Of a stretch of DNA of 64,000 bases, positions 41,431-50,771 are shown one piece after another (the stretch's first letter is position 1; each line of letters begins with the position of its first letter). The position numbers and the translations under genes were made by a program. The notes beneath the pieces were generated by a model that saw only the letters and a program-made list of their open reading frames with translations, was not told where the DNA came from and did not search any database. The stretch comes from a virus. The stretch spans positions 1 to 64,000 of the IMG/VR virus record IMGVR_UViG_3300012347_000211; one strand, given 5' to 3'.

Positions 41431-42206
41431 AAATCACCTTTCATAACAATAAAACCCTTTTTCAGGATCCGTTTCTTTACAACTAAATTATCTGACAATT
41501 TGTTAAACTCTGCAACATGGTAAACTTGGTTAAAGTTTTGTGGTTGTTGCACACCAACAAATACAAGTTGCTGTGTTGACTTGGTCATGTTGTTTGATGT
41601 AGATACGCGGAAGCGATATCCAGGACGAGGAAACGTACTCTCTGCTGCTGCATCGATTGCGTTCTCTGGATCGCGTGCGTTAGGAACAATGCGCGTGTAT
41701 TGATTTGTCGTGGGGTCGAAGTGAAACACATACAAATACATCTGCGCATTCGGCTGGACAGCGAATGACAATTCATCACCAGAGATGAATGCAGTCTTAT
41801 TGAGTGTAGTATTGAAGTCGAATGCAGGATCGATCTTCTGCTTGCGTTCAGAGTCTTGTTTGACTGACGCTTTGATTCTCACGTAGCATGTCCAGTCTTG
41901 GACGACCTCTTCGCGGTCTGCTACTTTACTAATGAAGCCATTGTCTGCCTCGTTAGTGAATGTATGAGTGTCGCAACTTGCGTTTCCGCTAATGTCAGAG
42001 CATTGGGATGATTGCTCAGTAGCAAAAGTTTGGCCAAGTGCTGCTCTTACGATTAGCTGCTTGGCCTTTGACTCTGCATGTTGACATGCCTCGTACTGCG
42101 ACATACGAGGACTGAATCGATGCTCGCCAACAGCTTCATACATGCCGCCAGAATTAACAGCGGCCTGCATTGCAAGCGAGACAAGAGATGATGCTAATAG
42201 TTCCAT
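41427..42206 (-). CDS. DUF4384-like envelope protein
   Basis: GDELSF.V...MYLYVF..RIVPN. Confidence 0.6.
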   Translation of the reverse strand: MELLASSLVSLAMQAAVNSGGMYEAVGEHRFSPRMSQYEACQHAESKAKQLIVRAALGQTFATEQSSQCSDISGNASCDTHTFTNEADNGFISKVADREEVVQDWTCYVRIKASVKQDSERKQKIDPAFDFNTTLNKTAFISGDELSFAVQPNAQMYLYVFHFDPTTNQYTRIVPNARDPENAIDAAAESTFPRPGYRFRVSTSNNMTKSTQQLVFVGVQQPQNFNQVYHVAEFNKLSDNLVVKKRILKKGFIVMKGDL

Positions 42207-42212
42207 GAGTCC

Positions 42213-42242
42213 ATTATATGAACAAATGGATCATTAGGTCAA
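42213..42242 (-). promoter_or_regulatory. Sigma70-type promoter, probably leaderless
   Basis: gTTGACC-18 bp-TATAAT, ATG 6 nt downstream, no SD. Confidence 0.75.
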
Positions 42243-42475
42243 CTAGTCTTTTTTGGTGGCTTTGGAGGAAAGTCTGGAAACGCTCCCCATGGCTGTTTCA
42301 ATTCGTCTGCGAGTTCTTCTGGAGGTCCAGAGTCGACCCACATCTTCGATAGCACAGTAGTGGCATTACCGCCAACAACCACATACCGACACAAGTATTC
42401 TTGGTAATCATAGGTTCCGTCTGGAACCCATGCAAATTGTTTGAATGCCATTATTCGAACAAGTCCTCGTTCCAT
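42239..42475 (-). CDS. Hypothetical protein (likely start MAFKQF at about 42451)
   Basis: ORF coupled to queD. Confidence 0.65.
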   Translation of the reverse strand: MERGLVRIMAFKQFAWVPDGTYDYQEYLCRYVVVGGNATTVLSKMWVDSGPPEELADELKQPWGAFPDFPPKPPKKTS

Positions 42476-42954
42476 TCACGGTGACCTTCGCGGTACGCCA
42501 TGTTTGCTTGTGTCTCACGAACTTCAACGCGGTAGCACCACAGACGGTCAGCTTCTGCAGGACCCCAGTAATCTGGAATGTATACGCCGTTGACAAATTT
42601 GTACAGCTGATCGGCAAGGCCTTCGCAACCAAGCTTCGGCAAGATAGTCAGCTTAGCCATTTTCTTCTCTTGCAGCTTCAAGTATGTGTCCAATTCTGGA
42701 TCATCTTCTGCCACCAACAATGTGTGGTCGAATTGGTCTTGCAATACGCCCTTCAATTCCTTCAGGCCACCATAATCAGCAGCCCAGTTACGAACGTCGA
42801 GATCGTTGGTGCCGAAGTAGAACTTCATGCTGAATGAATATCCATGAATCAGATTGCAATGAGAATCTGCACGCCACTGACGGTATGCTACTGGAAACGC
42901 ATCAACGTATTCCTTCGTGCTTGTGTATTTGTACTGGACTGTTGGTAGGCTCAT
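42451..42954 (-). CDS. queD: QueD/PTPS-like 6-carboxytetrahydropterin synthase, variant active site
   Basis: HCNLIHGY, DYGGLK, FDHTLL, GCE.LA, VEVRET. Confidence 0.85.
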   Translation of the reverse strand: MSLPTVQYKYTSTKEYVDAFPVAYRQWRADSHCNLIHGYSFSMKFYFGTNDLDVRNWAADYGGLKELKGVLQDQFDHTLLVAEDDPELDTYLKLQEKKMAKLTILPKLGCEGLADQLYKFVNGVYIPDYWGPAEADRLWCYRVEVRETQANMAYREGHREWNEDLFE

Positions 42955-43403
42955 CTTTTATCCTCGTGTTTCTGTAATTGTTTTTGATAGATTCTATCTC
43001 TCAATTCCGTCGTGCTGAAACTATGACGACGTGTGTTAAAGTAGCATTCGATTGGAAGGTCGGACCCCGTAAAGCTGCGGCCTTGGTATTCCTCGCCTAG
43101 TATTCTAATATCAATCGGGTAAGATTGCAACAGATCAAGTAGGTCTTTTTCGGTATCGTATACTACAACCTCGTCAACATACTTACACGCCTGTACCTGT
43201 GTCATCCGCTCGAATATAGATTGTACTGGCTTATTCTTCGTGTCTGGACGGTCTATGGTGGGGTCTGTTTGTATTCCGACGATCAGCCAGTCGCATAGTC
43301 CCTTTGCTTCTTTCAGCATCAGGACATGACCTGCATGGAACAGGTCAAATGTGCTGCAAGTGAACCCCACCTTCAATGTGAAGGGATGTTGTTTACTCAC
43401 CAC
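42951..43403 (-). CDS. TagD-like cytidylyltransferase
   Basis: TFDLFHAGH (HxGH), ER, YVDEVV, R.HSFSTTELR. Confidence 0.9.
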   Translation of the reverse strand: MVSKQHPFTLKVGFTCSTFDLFHAGHVLMLKEAKGLCDWLIVGIQTDPTIDRPDTKNKPVQSIFERMTQVQACKYVDEVVVYDTEKDLLDLLQSYPIDIRILGEEYQGRSFTGSDLPIECYFNTRRHSFSTTELRDRIYQKQLQKHEDKR

Positions 43404-43839
43404 GTGTCTCCCACCAGAACGTCACCCATTCTGTGTTGTCATCTCGGTTGATTGTACGGCCGTAGTAATTTGGAGTAACACCTTGGCTGGTATTCCAAAT
43501 CATCGCAGCGATATCGAACGTACTGCGATCAACTGACCAGTCCTCAATCAACTCTGATATTGTCTTACCAGAGTCGAGGATGTCGTCGACTACCAGTACC
43601 TTCTTGCCGTCTCGAATATCTTCAGCAATATCCTGAGCAGACTCTTTCATTTGGTCTTGGTGATATGTCGACCACGACACACACTTCATCGGAATGTTCA
43701 GCTGGTGAGAAAGACAGACAGCAGGGATTGCACCGCCTCGAACGATCCCCACCACGTAATCATACTTCGCTCCAACGTAGTTGATCTCGTCAACAATCTT
43801 GTTGATGTCGGTGCGGAAGTCGTTATAGGCGTAGTACAT
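43393..43839 (-). CDS. Type I phosphoribosyltransferase (Gpt-like)
   Basis: GIVRGGAIPA, VLVVDDILDSGKT, WVTFWWE. Confidence 0.9.
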   Translation of the reverse strand: MYYAYNDFRTDINKIVDEINYVGAKYDYVVGIVRGGAIPAVCLSHQLNIPMKCVSWSTYHQDQMKESAQDIAEDIRDGKKVLVVDDILDSGKTISELIEDWSVDRSTFDIAAMIWNTSQGVTPNYYGRTINRDDNTEWVTFWWETRGE

Positions 43840-43840
43840 A

Positions 43841-44734
43841 TTATTTTCCAATTACGTTACCGAAAACGTAACAGTGGTTGCGAGTGGCTACATTGAACCC
43901 GCGCTTCATTGCTTCCATAGCGATGGTCGCAACCTGCTCATCTTCTTGTTGATCTTTCGTGGCACCAACTGGCATCACCCAGAGCTCCAACGGTGTGTCT
44001 GTTTGATCACGGATAGCTGCAACGGCTGCATCCAATTCATCCCAGCATGCTTGAGTGCCGTTGACAACAAACTTCAGCACGTGGCTGTGTCCAAGACCAA
44101 TGTAGCTAGCGATCACGTCTGGCTTCACTGCATCCTTTTCACCAGATACATTGAACAGCTTTGGCGACATTGCAAAGTGAATGTGTGTGCCGCGGAAGTT
44201 GCGGAACGTGAAGTCGATGAACGAAGGCAATGCTTTTTGAGTTGCATTGGTTTCAATCGTGATCGTCTTTGCGTTGTTGCCGCGTGCCTCGAACTCATCG
44301 ATGATTGAGATCATTGCCTTTTGCCACATCATTGGCTCACCGCCAGTGAAGCACAACATCGCGTCTTGCTTTGTTACTGGATGGACGAACTTGCCTTCTG
44401 GGTTAGAAGGATGCTTCATCTCGTCTTCCATCTTCTGGCAAATCTCTGCAGCAGTGTTGTCGTGGACGAGGTGCTTGTATTTGGTAGACCACGAGTACGA
44501 CGAATCGCAGCCATGCTTCCATACTGGCAAGTCTTCAAGACGAGTGATATTGGACACATCGAATGTTGCGTATGGCAATACGTATGTCTCTGGATTGGTA
44601 GGATCTTCCTGACCGAAGCCACTACACTCTAGGTTGCAACCATAGAAGCGCAGCCACACGCTCGGCTTGCCTGCATACAAAGCTTCGCCCTGGAAGCTAT
44701 AGAAAATTTCACTGTATCTGAATGTCTTACTCAT
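43841..44734 (-). CDS. queE: 7-carboxy-7-deazaguanine synthase (radical SAM)
   Basis: EIFYSFQGE, RFYGCNLEC..GCDS, TGGEP, IETN, SPKL. Confidence 0.9.
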   Translation of the reverse strand: MSKTFRYSEIFYSFQGEALYAGKPSVWLRFYGCNLECSGFGQEDPTNPETYVLPYATFDVSNITRLEDLPVWKHGCDSSYSWSTKYKHLVHDNTAAEICQKMEDEMKHPSNPEGKFVHPVTKQDAMLCFTGGEPMMWQKAMISIIDEFEARGNNAKTITIETNATQKALPSFIDFTFRNFRGTHIHFAMSPKLFNVSGEKDAVKPDVIASYIGLGHSHVLKFVVNGTQACWDELDAAVAAIRDQTDTPLELWVMPVGATKDQQEDEQVATIAMEAMKRGFNVATRNHCYVFGNVIGK

Positions 44735-45269
44735 ACGAGACTCCATTAAATTGTTTGAACGCAATCTCACCACGCTTAGCGGCGCGCTGGATTTGTTTTT
44801 GTTGCTTGACTGCTTGCTCAAGGTGAATAGGGTTTGCCTGACGGCGATAGTCTACTCCGCGCAAGTGATCCATCTCATGTAAGAACCCTCTCGCTGTCAT
44901 CCCAGTGAACTTCTCGTTGTACATATCACCGTACACGTTCTGGAATCGAACTTTGATTAGCTTGTTGCGTTTGACTTTGACGAACAGATGAGGATGCGTG
45001 AGGCAGCTCTCTTCAAGAGTAACGACCTCCGATCCAACGTCGACTACACGAGGATTGAAACATACGAGCGGCTGCTCGGAGTATAAAGCAAAGACATTAT
45101 ACGGCAGACCACATTGGTTGGCCGAGAGGCCAAGCCCTTGGTAATGGTGCATCGTTTCAATTAGACTGTTTGCAAGCTCGATCGGGTCGCATGGAGGGTT
45201 CTTGAAATCAAACTCTTCCATCTTTTCTTTGAGCAGCGGATGGTCGGCTGATACTAATTCTAAGATCAT
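44727..45269 (-). CDS. def: Peptide deformylase
   Basis: GLGLSANQ, ESCLT, HEMDHL. Confidence 0.9.
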   Translation of the reverse strand: MILELVSADHPLLKEKMEEFDFKNPPCDPIELANSLIETMHHYQGLGLSANQCGLPYNVFALYSEQPLVCFNPRVVDVGSEVVTLEESCLTHPHLFVKVKRNKLIKVRFQNVYGDMYNEKFTGMTARGFLHEMDHLRGVDYRRQANPIHLEQAVKQQKQIQRAAKRGEIAFKQFNGVSYE

Positions 45270-45505
45270 AGCAACTTCCCGCGTGCATTAACAGACTCAT
45301 CTGTCCAGCTCTTGCCACATGCGGCGCAGCGCTTATGCGTTCTGGTGGTGGAGTTGTTGGGGCCTTTGAATGTCAGGCCATTGTCGGTGACGACAGGAGG
45401 AGTGTACAACGAAGTTGTTTCGCCACCAATCACCTCAACCATACAATCATCACGGCCACAACCTGGGCCGCCATCTACGAATTCATTTAAAAATTGTTGT
45501 GTCAT
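45266..45505 (-). CDS. Small Zn-ribbon-like protein
   Basis: CGRDDC ... CAACG. Confidence 0.6.
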   Translation of the reverse strand: MTQQFLNEFVDGGPGCGRDDCMVEVIGGETTSLYTPPVVTDNGLTFKGPNNSTTRTHKRCAACGKSWTDESVNARGKLL

Positions 45506-47217
45506 TCCACTTTCCTCGAAAAATTCTTTACCTTCTCAAACCGAACCACGTGATCAAACTTGTCGATCATCTGATCGGTCTTGTGACTAATCACGATGAT
45601 GTTTGAATCGCCAACGATTCCCTGCATAATCTTAATCAATTCATCTCCGCCCTGTGTATCCAACGAACTGTCAAAGATCTCATCCATGATCAGCAGGTTA
45701 GTACTTGCACTGTTGCGCAACTTAGCAATTGTTCTCCAAGTAAACAACAGCGCCAAGTCAATTCGGCACTTCTCACCTTCACTGAAGCTCTCGTAGCTAA
45801 AGTCGTCACGGAAACGTGACTTGATCTTTTCCTCGAAGCTCTCGTTCAACTCAAAGCTAACGAAGAAGTCCATCGCTGCAAGGTATTTGTTGATCAGCTT
45901 ATTGATCACGGGTACGTACTGTTTGATGATCTTGGTTTTGATTCCACTATCTTTCAACAGCGCCGATGCAATCTCAAACGTCTGCTTATCCTTCAACAAT
46001 TCTTCCTTGCTGCTGATATGAGACTTCAGTGAAGCCTTGTGTTCAGCAATCGCTGCAGTATTAACATCGATCTGCGTCGTGTTCTTGTTGAGCGATGTGA
46101 TTTCAGATCGTAGATCAGCAATCGACGACTGTGATGCACGAATCTCTATCTTGGCTGACGTGATGTCCTGCCTAATAGCAGACATCTGTTGATTGACTGC
46201 TTGGATCTCTGCTTGTCGGGCGCGGACTTTATCTAGCTCTGCTTTTAGAAGCACTTCTCCCTGCTCAATGTCCGTGACATCAGCCTGGTTCTTACCAACG
46301 ATTGCTTGTTTGTGATCGTGTGCGATGCCTTGGCGACAGGTAGGACAGTCGTTGTTGTCATCAAAGAACTCATTGTCCTTAATGATCTTGCTCTTCTTTG
46401 TACTCAGTACGCGCTGGAAGTCAATCAGCTTATTGATCTTGGCAGTGACCTTGGGTTCGTCAGCAATAGACTCAGCCAACGTAGCCTGCTCAGCCTCAGC
46501 ATCCGCGATCGTCTGATTGTGTTGTTCGATCTTAGCTTCGATCGAGGCAATGCGGTCTTGCTTTTGCTTAATCAACTCATCGTTGTTTTGCTTCAGAGAC
46601 TCCACATGCTTCTTGTAGATTTCAATCTTATCAGCAACGGATGATATCGAATGATCGACGCTCAGAATGCTTGTCTTGTTTGTACTGATCTTGTCCTTGA
46701 GGATCGAATTCATTACAGAGAAGATCTGGATGTCCAGCAAGTCCTCAACAATCTCTCTACGGTTAGCAGCAGTCAGTTGCATGAACGGAACAAACGATGC
46801 GCTTCCCAACACAACAATCTGCGAGAATGATTTGTGGTTCAGTTTGAGGATCTGCGTCTCAAAGTATTCCTGATACTCTTTTGCATCAGCATTCTGATCG
46901 ATCAGATTGCCATCTACGTGGATCTCAAAGATGTTCGGCTTGATACCACGGCGGATGAGGTATTCTTTCTTACCGATCGAGAATTCAATCTCCACCAGCG
47001 TACCTTTGCCGTTCACTGTATTGATCAGCTGCGCTTTGTTGATCTTTCGGAACGGCTTATTGTATAGACCAAAGCACAGAGCGTCCAGGATAGTAGACTT
47101 GCCTGCACCATTTGATCCAACGATCAGCGTAGTCGCGTATTGGTTGAGCGCGATCTCAGTAAATGTATTACCCGAACTAAGGATGTTCTTGTATCGGATG
47201 GTCTTAAAAACTATCAA
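45502..47217 (-). CDS. gp46: Recombination endonuclease ATPase subunit (Rad50/SbcC-like)
   Basis: GSNGAGKST, CPTC hook, FSEGEK, DEIFD. Confidence 0.97.
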   Translation of the reverse strand: MIVFKTIRYKNILSSGNTFTEIALNQYATTLIVGSNGAGKSTILDALCFGLYNKPFRKINKAQLINTVNGKGTLVEIEFSIGKKEYLIRRGIKPNIFEIHVDGNLIDQNADAKEYQEYFETQILKLNHKSFSQIVVLGSASFVPFMQLTAANRREIVEDLLDIQIFSVMNSILKDKISTNKTSILSVDHSISSVADKIEIYKKHVESLKQNNDELIKQKQDRIASIEAKIEQHNQTIADAEAEQATLAESIADEPKVTAKINKLIDFQRVLSTKKSKIIKDNEFFDDNNDCPTCRQGIAHDHKQAIVGKNQADVTDIEQGEVLLKAELDKVRARQAEIQAVNQQMSAIRQDITSAKIEIRASQSSIADLRSEITSLNKNTTQIDVNTAAIAEHKASLKSHISSKEELLKDKQTFEIASALLKDSGIKTKIIKQYVPVINKLINKYLAAMDFFVSFELNESFEEKIKSRFRDDFSYESFSEGEKCRIDLALLFTWRTIAKLRNSASTNLLIMDEIFDSSLDTQGGDELIKIMQGIVGDSNIIVISHKTDQMIDKFDHVVRFEKVKNFSRKVE

Positions 47218-47220
47218 CTA

Positions 47221-48279
47221 TTACTCCATATTGACTGCATCATGGTACAGATTTCTCAACAAAGAGTCAAGACGGTTACGGTCTGTTTGAACATTCAGCT
47301 GGTCAACGTACTTACTCATAATCGTTAGTGTGTCCTCAGCCTGGTCGATGATCTCTTCATCACCCTCTAGACCGAGGTTAAAATGGTCTTCCACTACTTG
47401 GATGTCTGCTGCTCCGGCCTGCTCGAGTTTATCGATTAATACATCGAACCAAATGGGATTCTCACGGTTAGTTACGATCACCTTGACGTAAGTACCCTTA
47501 ACGTGACTGAAGTCTTCGTTGGTAATGTCCTCTACGGAGTCCAACTTAGTCTCGTCGTAGTGGATCTTATTGAACATCACGAACGGATTCGGAACAAACT
47601 CCATCTCCATTGTGTCAGTATCGAACACATGGAAACCTTTTTGATCGCCATAGTCAGACCAAGTCATTTCATATGGCGTACCGAGGTAGTTGATCTTGCC
47701 AACATTAGACCTGTGGTGGAAGTGTCCAGACAGAACAATCTTATCACCGAATATGGAAGTCTCCATACCATCTTCACAAACAGAACCACGGTACATCTCA
47801 AACCCCTTCAGTTCGAAGTGGCCGAGGATTACCTTTGCAGTTGTGTTCTTGATTGCTTCAGTGATTTCCTTTTCGTTCTCTGGACAGATCCAAGGAACGA
47901 GTAGCATCTTGCAATCTTCATAATCAATCTCGAGCGGACTGTTGACGATGTTGATGCTGTGGTATGGTTCAAGCAACAGATTGGGCGAATTAACGTCGTT
48001 CGTGTTCTTGTGATACGTGTCGTGGTTACCAACTAGCATGTTGGTATCGCAGTGTTGATTCAGAGGGTCAAAGAAGTACTCTCGTGCCTGCGAAAGAGAA
48101 ACGAAGTTGATATACTTGCGACGATCGAACACATCACCCATCTGGATGACATGCAGGATGTTGTTGTCTTTAAGATACGGAAAGAACACCTCAGTATAGA
48201 ACTTACGGAAGTGTTCGTGAAAGATTAAACTATCGTTCCGTGCTCCAAAGTGAGTATCTCCCAGAAGCGCAATTTTCAT
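47221..48279 (-). CDS. gp47: Recombination endonuclease nuclease subunit (Mre11/SbcD-like)
   Basis: DTHFG, GD.FD, GNHD, SGHFH. Confidence 0.97.
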   Translation of the reverse strand: MKIALLGDTHFGARNDSLIFHEHFRKFYTEVFFPYLKDNNILHVIQMGDVFDRRKYINFVSLSQAREYFFDPLNQHCDTNMLVGNHDTYHKNTNDVNSPNLLLEPYHSINIVNSPLEIDYEDCKMLLVPWICPENEKEITEAIKNTTAKVILGHFELKGFEMYRGSVCEDGMETSIFGDKIVLSGHFHHRSNVGKINYLGTPYEMTWSDYGDQKGFHVFDTDTMEMEFVPNPFVMFNKIHYDETKLDSVEDITNEDFSHVKGTYVKVIVTNRENPIWFDVLIDKLEQAGAADIQVVEDHFNLGLEGDEEIIDQAEDTLTIMSKYVDQLNVQTDRNRLDSLLRNLYHDAVNME

Positions 48280-48288
48280 ATGTGAGTA

Positions 48289-48891
48289 TTAGGTAGTAGG
48301 ATTAGTACTATCTTCTGGCTCTTCAATTAATTCAACAGGAGCATCTTCTTCAATGAACTGATCGATCCCCTTCTTCTTGCTTTTCTTGCGCTTAACTTTT
48401 TGTTCATCCAGGCCATCTTCAAAGCTCTTGATGAAGTCGTACATATTGTCGTTCGTGATGTCGATCAACGATGATGCGATGTCTCTATCCTCGCCTTGGC
48501 TTTGTGTAACCAAGTCGTTGAAGATCATTGAGTTCTCAAGCGTCTTGTGTTTGATATACAACTGCTTCTTTTCCTTCTGAATCCTACGAAGGAAAGCGTA
48601 GTAGATGATTTGTGTGAAGTATGCGAACGGGTTGTCTGATTTCAGCGGATCGAAGTTGTCGATGTAGCAAATGCAGTTCTCGATACCGTCGCTGACCATC
48701 TCTTCACGGAAAGGATAGTTGACGAAGTTTGGCTTCGTTGATAATCGGTTTGCAATTAGCAGAACACATTCACCGATGTACTCTGGAATCTTTGGCTTGG
48801 GTGTGGAGTTCTTCTTTGATTCCAGCACGCCTGTTCTATACTCTACGATACAGGCATACAGCTGCTTATTGTCAACATAATGTACGGTCAT
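48289..48891 (-). CDS. gp55: Late transcription sigma factor
   Basis: HYVDNK, NFVNY.FREEM.SDGIENC, NPFAYFTQIIYYAFLRRI. Confidence 0.97.
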   Translation of the reverse strand: MTVHYVDNKQLYACIVEYRTGVLESKKNSTPKPKIPEYIGECVLLIANRLSTKPNFVNYPFREEMVSDGIENCICYIDNFDPLKSDNPFAYFTQIIYYAFLRRIQKEKKQLYIKHKTLENSMIFNDLVTQSQGEDRDIASSLIDITNDNMYDFIKSFEDGLDEQKVKRKKSKKKGIDQFIEEDAPVELIEEPEDSTNPTT

Positions 48892-48902
48892 TCTCAATCC
48901 TC

Positions 48903-49307
48903 TTATTGTAATGGGCCACTCGGCTCAATCTTCTTCAGTAGCTCAGCATATGTCTCATTCAAGTCTACTGGGTCCATCTCTTCAATGTCGTCGGTAGACG
49001 ATCGCTTCATCTCTTGGTCTATCCTTAGGTCAAGATCGTAGATGTATGACTCCATTGTGTACTCGTAGTATTGAGCAACAGAATCTCTTGCCCTGACTAC
49101 TTCTAATACATCCTTGGTGTCAAACATGAATGTTGGGTCTGCTGCGAACGGCATGAACCTGCTCATACTGACAGAAGGTGCGGACTGTCCCGCAACCATT
49201 CTGTAGTGAATCTGAAGTGGGTCCTGAACGATGATATACTTGGCTGTCTTCTCGACCACCACAGCTAGCATCTCAGTACCTTCCTTCAATCTGAGTAATG
49301 AAATCAA
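48903..49307 (-). CDS. Conserved Sm-like protein between uvsW and gp55
   Basis: LLRL..G.E.LA; position typical of T4-like phages. Confidence 0.7.
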   Translation of the reverse strand: MISLLRLKEGTEMLAVVVEKTAKYIIVQDPLQIHYRMVAGQSAPSVSMSRFMPFAADPTFMFDTKDVLEVVRARDSVAQYYEYTMESYIYDLDLRIDQEMKRSSTDDIEEMDPVDLNETYAELLKKIEPSGPLQ

Positions 49308-49310
49308 TGA

Positions 49311-50771
49311 TTACTCCTTGAGTTGAATAGTATAAATTTTATATGGAAACTTCTCGCTACCGTATATCTTCATACGCTCTTCAAAGTGCTTGAGTGTATG
49401 ATTCTTGTACGTCTTCCAAGACAAATCGTCAGCGATGTCGTACAGGGTAGCTCGTTGCTTCCCTTCGCTTCTCCTCAAACCACGACCAACCGATTGCAGG
49501 TTACGTACTCGTGACTTTGATGGGCTCGCGAAGATGATGTTATGGATGTTCTTAATATTAACACCAGTAGAGAATGTGCCGCTAGAAGCGATGATGATTA
49601 CGTTATCGTTGCTCTCTGCAACTACACGAACGTCCTCTCTCAACTCCCCATCAACGTTTCCGTCAACGTACAGCATAATCTTGTCTTCTGGACTGCCGAA
49701 CATCTCCTGTAGTACTTTACCATGCTTTTCGACAAATTGGAACAGGATTAACGTATTACCTTTAAGAGAAAGTGCAAGATTTTTGATGAATCTGTTTCTA
49801 TGTTCGTTCATAACGATCCATTCGATCTCATCCTTGTACAGCGCCTTCTTCATTAGATTGCGGTTTATGTCGGTGTGTTGCAAGATGATACACTTGACGG
49901 TAAAGTCTGCAAGGTGCTTTTGCTCGATCAATTCTGCAGTGGTCGTCACTTTCTTCACAGGGCCAAAGATACCTTCCAGTACCAGCTTGTTTGTGTGAGT
50001 ACCATCAAGGGTACCAGTGAAGCCGAAACGATATTCGCAATCTGGCATCTTTGCCATGATGTCGGTCAGGCTGTTTGCCTTAAACAGATGCGCCTCGTCT
50101 CCGATCACAACATCGAACTGATCGAACCATTGCTTTGGCATCTTGTAGATTGACTGCCAAGTGGAGATCACAACTCGGTGATTCGTTTCCTTTTCGACGC
50201 CAGCTGTAATCTTATGAGCGATTCCTTTTGCATACTTGGAGTATGATTCGAAGTCCGATGCCATCTGATGAACGAGAGACGTTGTAGGAACGACGATCAA
50301 AGCCTTCTTTTCTACCCTCGTCAATGCGTACATCATCGTGACGAAAATAATAAAACTCTTACCAGACGCGGTAGGGGATAGCATCAACGCGCGTTTATTC
50401 CGTATAGCGTGGATAATCGCGGCCAATTGGTAGTCTCTAGGTGGAAGAGTAAGCTCTAATTTATCACAGAACGTCAATGCATCCTGTTGTGAGAATTCTT
50501 CGCCGGAGAAATCCGAGCGATACCCAACGCTGTATCCACGATCAGCAGCGAACTGCTCGATGTATCCACGCAATCCAGCATAGATGTATCTTGTGTTGAG
50601 GTTATACAGTCTGATCTTTCCGTCCCACATCTTGGCTTTGACCTTGGGATGGAACTTGGCTCCAGGAACCGTGAATGTAAAGTATTCACTCAGCTCGTAC
50701 GCTGTTCCCTTGTCCTCGGTGTGTACTTTAATGTATACACTATTGATCTTCTCTATCTCTATGTCCGCCAT
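49311..50771 (-). CDS. uvsW: SF2 DNA helicase
   Basis: SPTASGKS, DEAH, TGT, LQSVGRGLR. Confidence 0.97.
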   Translation of the reverse strand: MADIEIEKINSVYIKVHTEDKGTAYELSEYFTFTVPGAKFHPKVKAKMWDGKIRLYNLNTRYIYAGLRGYIEQFAADRGYSVGYRSDFSGEEFSQQDALTFCDKLELTLPPRDYQLAAIIHAIRNKRALMLSPTASGKSFIIFVTMMYALTRVEKKALIVVPTTSLVHQMASDFESYSKYAKGIAHKITAGVEKETNHRVVISTWQSIYKMPKQWFDQFDVVIGDEAHLFKANSLTDIMAKMPDCEYRFGFTGTLDGTHTNKLVLEGIFGPVKKVTTTAELIEQKHLADFTVKCIILQHTDINRNLMKKALYKDEIEWIVMNEHRNRFIKNLALSLKGNTLILFQFVEKHGKVLQEMFGSPEDKIMLYVDGNVDGELREDVRVVAESNDNVIIIASSGTFSTGVNIKNIHNIIFASPSKSRVRNLQSVGRGLRRSEGKQRATLYDIADDLSWKTYKNHTLKHFEERMKIYGSEKFPYKIYTIQLKE

